This document shows positions 58,601 through 64,000 of a stretch of DNA of 64,000 bases, piece by piece (the first letter of the stretch is position 1; the number at the start of each line of letters is the position of its first letter). The notes under the pieces are model-generated. The model was not told the origin of the DNA and did not search any database. It saw nothing but the letters and a program-made list of their open reading frames with translations. Made by a program: the position numbers and the translations under genes. This DNA is from Rhynchopus sp. YZ270_cl-10 (taxonomy: Eukaryota): the NCBI GenBank assembly GCA_964035575.1, contig OZ037836.1:558001-622000 (forward strand), written 5' to 3'.

Positions 58601-60437
58601 TGAACATCTCAAAGAACTGTGCCTCGAACTGTGCCCAGCTCCCGTCGTAGTGAACACCCACAAAGCCGTTGTGTGTGATCATGACTCTGTCCTCCACTGC
58701 ATTGAAGCCCACAGTAAGGCCGTCGAAGATCTTGTCCATCACAATTGTGCGTGTGATGTTCGACAGCTCAATAGTGTTCTCCATCTCACTCATAACCAGT
58801 TTGCCTGCAACCTTCCGCCCGTTCGCCGTTGCTGTGTCTGTTGAGTCCTGCCCTGCAACGTAGACAAGAGAGAACGTCACAAGCGACGTGATCAGCAGCA
58901 GCGACACACTCACAGCCATGCTTGCCACCTTCAGCGGGATCGCAAACCCAGACACAGCCATCTCCTCAGGCATCTCCACTGCATCACGGCGCTGCTTCAC
59001 CACGATCCCCAACATCACCACTGCAGTCATCACAACCACCACAAGACACACAACCGTCACAGTGTCGGTCAGGTCCAGATCGTCAGACGTGTCCTCCTCC
59101 TCAGCAACAGCCGCTACCTGCAGTGGTGGCGCCGTCATGGGCACAGTGTCCGACCAGTTCCCGTCAGTGAACGTGAGTGCATCAAGTGAGTAGCCAACAC
59201 CAGGAATGTGCCTTCCACCACCCCGTGCTATCCACGCCATGAACTGTGCCGTCACCTTGCGTCCCACTGTGTGCACAGGGATCCCGACACGCATTGAGAA
59301 TGCCCTCACCTTGTAGTACTCTCTCGAGCCGTAATTCGTACGTGTCATTGAAACAAAGGCTGTGACACCACTTTGTTCAGCGTTCCGCACCTGGTGGACA
59401 GGCGGACAGGCACTTTGGTACGACGCAAAGACCATCTTCCCCTTGAGTGACGCAAAGTCCGAAGCAGCACAGCCCCCACGTGGCAGCTCTGTCGTGTACA
59501 CTGCTTCGTCCTTCTGTGTCTCAAACGGAAGTGTCCGCACAAGCTGCAGAAGGGTCTCCCTCTTGCGTGGACGCAGGTCGTTCCCCATGACACACACGTG
59601 CTCTGCCTCACCAGGGATCCACATCGCAAGTGGACACTTCTCGCAGATGCGGTCCTGCAGTGGGTCGTCTAAGGATTGGCACGTGCCTGCAAAGTCCAGT
59701 TTGTTGTTGAAGCAGCCGTCCCACGGGTAGTCCTCAAGGTTGTCCAGGGCAGTCGGCGGCAGCTCAGAGCACTCAAACTTGATGTGGCCACGGACCCTTG
59801 CCCCGCTGTTCACAGCTGCTGCAATGTAGTCGGTTTCGTGTCTGTCTGCGTGCAGGAATGGGAAGTTCGTTGCTGTCGTGGCAGACGGGCCACCCATAAT
59901 TGAACGTTGTTCACCGGTGCTGTAGTCGTGCAGAATACCTACAGCAGCACCAGACTGCTGCGCCAGATACTGCTTCACAACGTACTTGCATATACCCCTG
60001 TACACAAGCACAATCTTCCCGTCGTACACCTTCCCGTCACCCAAGGAGTAGTCACTTGCCCTGCACCCAAGGTTGCTTTTTGACTTGATGCTGTTGTTCC
60101 CCACCACAACAATGTCCATCTCCTTGTTGTTCAGTGGGTGGTATGCATCAATGTGCCCGTCGGGTGCCCACGGCTCGAACTTGTTGTCCGTGAGACACAG
60201 CCACATCCCCGCCACCTCGGGCGGCTCTGTCACGACAAGCCGCACGGGACACTGGTAGTAGCAGTAGTCGTACAGCCGCCACGTGGTCTGGTTGCATATG
60301 ATGTCCTTGCGCCAGCCGTCGTACCTGTACGTACCCGCCATCTCGGGGATGAACTGCCGTAGACAGTCTTGTCTCCATACTGGACACTGAGGCTCTGCAC
60401 CCCACGCAAGCAGCACCAGCACCGCAGCAACCGACAT
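55608..60437 (-). CDS. Paralogous large PA/LamG/HAMP/degenerate-cyclase receptor; probable 59-nt intron at 55639-55697, so the true 3' end is uncertain
   Basis: Start MSVAAVLVLL at 60437; long stretches are identical to the 46135..50850 gene. Inferred splice GAG|GTATGT...CAACAG|GAGTGC. Confidence 0.78.
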   Translation of the reverse strand: MSVAAVLVLLAWGAEPQCPVWRQDCLRQFIPEMAGTYRYDGWRKDIICNQTTWRLYDYCYYQCPVRLVVTEPPEVAGMWLCLTDNKFEPWAPDGHIDAYHPLNNKEMDIVVVGNNSIKSKSNLGCRASDYSLGDGKVYDGKIVLVYRGICKYVVKQYLAQQSGAAVGILHDYSTGEQRSIMGGPSATTATNFPFLHADRHETDYIAAAVNSGARVRGHIKFECSELPPTALDNLEDYPWDGCFNNKLDFAGTCQSLDDPLQDRICEKCPLAMWIPGEAEHVCVMGNDLRPRKRETLLQLVRTLPFETQKDEAVYTTELPRGGCAASDFASLKGKMVFASYQSACPPVHQVRNAEQSGVTAFVSMTRTNYGSREYYKVRAFSMRVGIPVHTVGRKVTAQFMAWIARGGGRHIPGVGYSLDALTFTDGNWSDTVPMTAPPLQVAAVAEEEDTSDDLDLTDTVTVVCLVVVVMTAVVMLGIVVKQRRDAVEMPEEMAVSGFAIPLKVASMAVSVSLLLITSLVTFSLVYVAGQDSTDTATANGRKVAGKLVMSEMENTIELSNITRTIVMDKIFDGLTVGFNAVEDRVMITHNGFVGVHYDGSWAQFEAQFFEMFTNSFMTNFRLFVRVFTTRGFYMGCREEQCLKTDNRPDVERADGVVGTVEQTQAGWLYGLLGYVNVAGSQSEPSTTHKYIHPVSLINASTEYIGNINGDPLAVTRGTQFGIKKVIWKTGRVQFYSVLWRFSPPIVAYMALTGSNMEGSTMPYHGTIAVQESLEDFIRSAIDTARLGGSSLTNMTVLVVDRHDRAILGGFNTGTEKDREIVAMQWVPQLQAVYALVAVDESPAMHVSGLARYLDAGAAATPAEDRWVQHYGEFDQAAHWTESPYTTAAQFSVKNGAAVDTSMHHWETEVRDGGCGNCVVHDTQRGKDVLEFDGSTVQYVYRNLTRQAPVVERSRASAAGNPWKSKYYELDAELVHADGRRCVASPVVNSTSTVSALKCMLHPDFTRYTEFMVSMRIRPDVLYDEASPSATTPRLFTDSLVGETNFRLFGNGQIYLFVLQYGCSTAPYVDAFGRRGFPVGAWTTVTAVMGGGRCSLYVNGTLHAHGTDSRGRGVLGSRTRKHSNPYYVGQFFKGRIDSLTFVRRYFPDTPHFLHASDEVRRNPVSKSFLVQTRTFDTNSDTREMEPFTVATMIPREDILRKIDATNMRTLQDLDVLEKNTNKALRQKANRTILVMVALVMASVVVFMLFNNVLTRPFEDTAVLMAKAAVLKISTVPDETSVISELRTMNRAIGHMLVNLKLYKSFMPQSVQLGELTSEDDDDITKSKMSDSSSSHRSKASSLSRKCGGSSQQRKEKDPVHPFLCAVVHKRFSYTVVNIKDFHRHCEDKPDTQVLELHSNLLEAFVAVFSKQKGVTEPFTGDRFACSFNAATHVGNHRVHACSTAQLCRVAARKICVEITASVVTGEGRVGNMGTSVMRRFSFLSPTISWAYALERYCREREFGVLTDQFVYAEVETSFVLRIVDGVTFKKLPKPMCLFELLQFRDVSKLDEWMYQLEEAASKDPTTLWNNVTTLIFKGKFEVCSQPIALVSHEVLRRLCNRSAHSYSSLC

Positions 60438-61614
60438 TGTGTTACAACAGACCTGCCCGTGGTGGTGTGGGAGTGTACAGGGTGGAGACAAACGACACAG
60501 CACCCCTTCACTTCCGGCTACGATGGTACGTAGACAAGAAAGAACACTAGCAATAATGTACCTCTCACAGCACACACACACACACATCCAGAAAACAAAT
60601 GTTTTTTTTTTCCTCTTCGTTTGTCGCTCTGCAGAACTGCAGAAAGCACGTCCTCACGGCTCTGTCACTCCAGTCAGACCAGGAGAGAGAATAAGACATT
60701 TTCGACAACAAACAAGACACAGACGAAGAGCGAAGCGCACAAAAGGCTGCTCATTGGCCCGATGTAGGTCTCCTTTGGGGATACCTGGTCATGCCTCTCG
60801 TGTGGTGTATGCGAGGTTCTCGCCGGTGGTCCTCTTCCCACCTTGCTGTGTTGGGAGAGTCAATAGTGGAGCCAATCCCCCAGCACTGATAGCTTTCGGA
60901 GATGAGCAAGAGAACAGTAGACAAACAACGTGCGGTGCCTCTCCTGGGGGACACTGGGTCAACGTGAAGGGAGGCAAATAGCGGTTCATGAGTCGCAGTG
61001 ACCAGGGTCATGAGGTTTGGAGGTGCTACAGCATCACAGAATAAGTGAAGGAAAGAAAGGGAGGGTGAGCAGGGAGAGGGGAGAGTGGGGGGTATGTGAC
61101 TTCTGTCTTTTTGAGCCAAGTGCATTGTTTCTGGCATGTCGCCGGAAGCAACAGTGTTGCATCAAAACAAAAAAGAACAAAACAAAACACAAAGATGGCA
61201 AGCCTCCCAAACCGCTTGAAACCAAAACTGAAAAAAGGGAAAAAAGGAAAAAGGAAAAAGGTAAGGGGCGGGTAAAAACAGACACGCACAGCACCTGAAC
61301 ATATGATAAAAACAAGTAAGTGATAACAGTGATTATCTTTCTTTTGTTTTCTTTTTTTTATGAAAACTTAGTTGTCTCAGTGTAGACACCCGAGGATGTG
61401 CTCCACTGGACAAAACGCTTTTCCGTAACTGTTGATTATCTTCTTTTTTTGTTTTTCTGTTTCTTTCCGCTCGTTTTCGTAATATCTACACGTTGATTTT
61501 TGAATTCCAATAAAATCAAAAGTAAAAACCAAACCACCAACAACCACAATAACCAGATAAAGAAGAAAAAGAAAATAGAAAACAAAACAAAACAAAACAA
61601 AACACACTACGGTT

Positions 61615-62920
61615 CTATGCAGCCTGGTCGTACATCTTCCTCATGACCGGGTGGCAGGTCCTCTCCAGCTTCCTCTGGGAGGACTGGAACTCCTCCTTGG
61701 TGGCCTCAGTGCCGCAGAGCTCGAGGGCACCGTTGCAGGCGTCCATGACCTTCTTCTTGTCGTCGTCGCCGACAAGCCCGCCGGTTCTGTCGTCCATGAG
61801 GGTGGTGACCATCTGGTAGGCGTAGGTCTCGAGCTCGTGTCTGGCGTCGACACGCTCGCGTGCCTGCTTGTCGGCCTCAGCGAACTTCTCTGCGTCGTTG
61901 CACATGTCGTCAATCTCCTTCTGGGACAGACGGCCCTTGTCGTTGGTGATGGTGACCTGCGACTTCTTCCCGGTCGACTTGTCCTCGGCAGACACGTCCA
62001 TGATCCCGTTCGCGTCGACGTCAAAGGTCACCTCAATCTGGGGCACGCCACGCGGGGCCGGCGGGATCCCGGTCAGGTCGAAGGTGCCGAGCTGGTGGCA
62101 GTCCTTCGTCATCGCCCGCTCCCCCTCGAACACACAGATGTTCACCACAGGCTGGTTGTCCGCACACGTCGAGAACTCCTGGCTCTTCTTCGTCGGGATC
62201 GTCGTGTTCCTCTTGATCAGCGGTGTCATCACACCCCCGTCCGTCTCAATCCCCACAGTCAGCGGCGTCACGTCCAGCAGCAGGATCTGCTCCGTCTGCG
62301 TGCTCTTTCCCCCCGTCAGCACAAAGGCCTGCACCGCAGCACCAAAGGCAACAGCCTCGTCGGGGTTGATCGACTTGTTCAGGTCCTTTCCGCCGAAGAA
62401 GTCCGACACCATCGCCTGGATCTTCGGGATACGGGTCGATCCTCCGACCAGCACAACCTCCGTGATGGCCCGCTTCTCAATCTTCGAGTCGTTCAGCACA
62501 GACTCCACAGGGCGCAGGCACGACTTGAACAGGTCCGCGCACAGCTCCTCGAACTTCGCACGTGTGATCGACGAGTAGAAGTCCGTCCCCTCAAACAGCG
62601 AGTCGATCTCAATGCTGGTCTGTGCCGCCGACGACAGCGCACGCTTGGCACGCTCACAGGCAGTGCGCAGACGGCGCAGCGCACGCTGGTTCGTCGTCAG
62701 GTCCTTCTTGTGCTTCTTCTTGAACTCCTCCACGAAGTGGTTCACCATCCGGTTGTCGAAGTCCTCGCCTCCCAAGTGGGTGTCTCCCGCAGTCGCCTTC
62801 ACCTCGAAGATCCCCCCGTCAATTGCCAGAAGCGTCACATCGAAGGTACCGCCACCCAGGTCGAAGATCAGGATGTTCTTCTGCCCCGCGCTCGCGTTGT
62901 CGAGTCCGTAGGCAATCGCC

Positions 62921-62952
<32 letters not shown>

Positions 62953-63459
62953 GTCCATCCCCGAGATCGCCCCTGCGTCCTTCGTCGCCTGACGCTGCGA
63001 GTCGTTGAAGTACGCAGGCACAGTCACAACGCTCTTCTTCACCTCCTTCCCAAGGAACTGCTCCGCCGTCTCCTTCATCTTCACAAGGATCATCGCAGAG
63101 ATCTCCTCAGGCCTGAACGTCTTCGTCGTCCCCATGAACGACACCTCAATCAGCGGCTTCCCGTCCTCCTTCGCCACAACCTTGAACGGCCAGTGCTTCA
63201 TGTCGCTCTGCACAGACGAGTCCTCCAGCTTGCGCCCGATCAGACGCTTCGCGTCGAACACCGTGTTCGTCGGGTTCATCGCCACCTGGTTCTTCGCCGC
63301 ATCTCCGATCAGACGCTCGCTGTCTGCGAACGCCACGTACGACGGGGTCGTCCTGTTCCCCTGGTTATTCGCAATGATCTCCACACGCTCGTTCTGCCAC
63401 ACTCCCACACACGAGTAGGTCGTTCCCAAGTCAATACCGATGGCTCCGTCGTAGGACAT
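61615..63459 (-). CDS. HSP70: Cytosolic-type HSP70 lacking the C-terminal EEVD
   Basis: [30 protein letters not shown] and [14 protein letters not shown] signatures; ends KMYDQAA*. Confidence 0.95.
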
Positions 63460-64000
63460 TGTAGTGTTGTTTTGTGGTCTTTGGTTTTTGATAGAAAAAA
63501 TAAGGTAAAAAGTGATGAGCTGTTTGTTGTGTGTGTTGTGTGTTGTGTGTGGGTGTTGGAGTGGGTAAGTGGTTGTGGGTATTGGGTGGTCAGAGGGTGG
63601 ACACTTGGTTGGTGGACGGGAGGGTGTCAGTGTGGATGGTGTTGTGGGACGTGTCTTTGGTGTTGTGCGTTGTGGGGGGAGATCTGCACAGATCGAGAAT
63701 ACGTGAAGAACGCACGGGCAGAAGGAGACAAGAAGAAGGCAGACATGTTGCCACTGAGACGATAGAGGTGTAAGACAAAGGGGACACCTCTGTGTGCAGA
63801 ACTGTATGCTGCAAGGCTGTGATGGGACGGGAGGGATGTCTCTCTCTGTGGGGGTGGACAAGTGTCAAAAGGGAAGTACTCAAACTGGCAAAATATCTAT
63901 TTTGATTCAGCCTTTCTGTTCATTTTTGGGGGAAGTACAGCGCAAAGTCAAATGGTTGTTGTTTATAAAGTAACGAGCAGCTAGCCTCTCAAAAGATGCA

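Noticed and set aside
61651..63765. 704-aa plus-strand ORF antisense to HSP70
   Set aside because: Long antisense ORFs are a known by-product of codon bias in HSP70 genes; no independent motif is visible.
63460..63861. N-terminal extension of the HSP70 ORF
   Set aside because: Low-complexity upstream sequence with a non-ATG start; homology begins at MSYDGAIG.

Overview
Eukaryotic, transposon-rich window. It is probably euglenozoan (diplonemid/kinetoplastid-like); this is inferred from the HSP70 N-terminus, the receptor cyclase-like genes and all host genes lying on one strand. Nine host genes are all on the minus strand: three ubiquitin-like+LRR paralogues, two TM-sensor-TM-HAMP-degenerate class III cyclase receptors, two large PA/LamG/HAMP/degenerate-cyclase receptors with a probable 3' intron, a NEDD8 E2 (UBC12) and an HSP70 lacking EEVD. 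Intergenic DNA is a dense nest of non-autonomous TIR elements whose ends and target-site duplications (TSDs) can be read directly, plus satellites and a 28S rRNA fragment. The most notable system is a pair of tyrosine-recombinase (Crypton-like) elements: one intact (about 41760-43418) and one decayed (about 31397-32666). Both have an A-A'-B...B' layout in which the internal A'B segment is the reverse complement of the joined element ends. Both also keep GNA-triloop hairpins and tandem G.A mismatches despite divergent sequence, which suggests recombination through folded single-stranded DNA.
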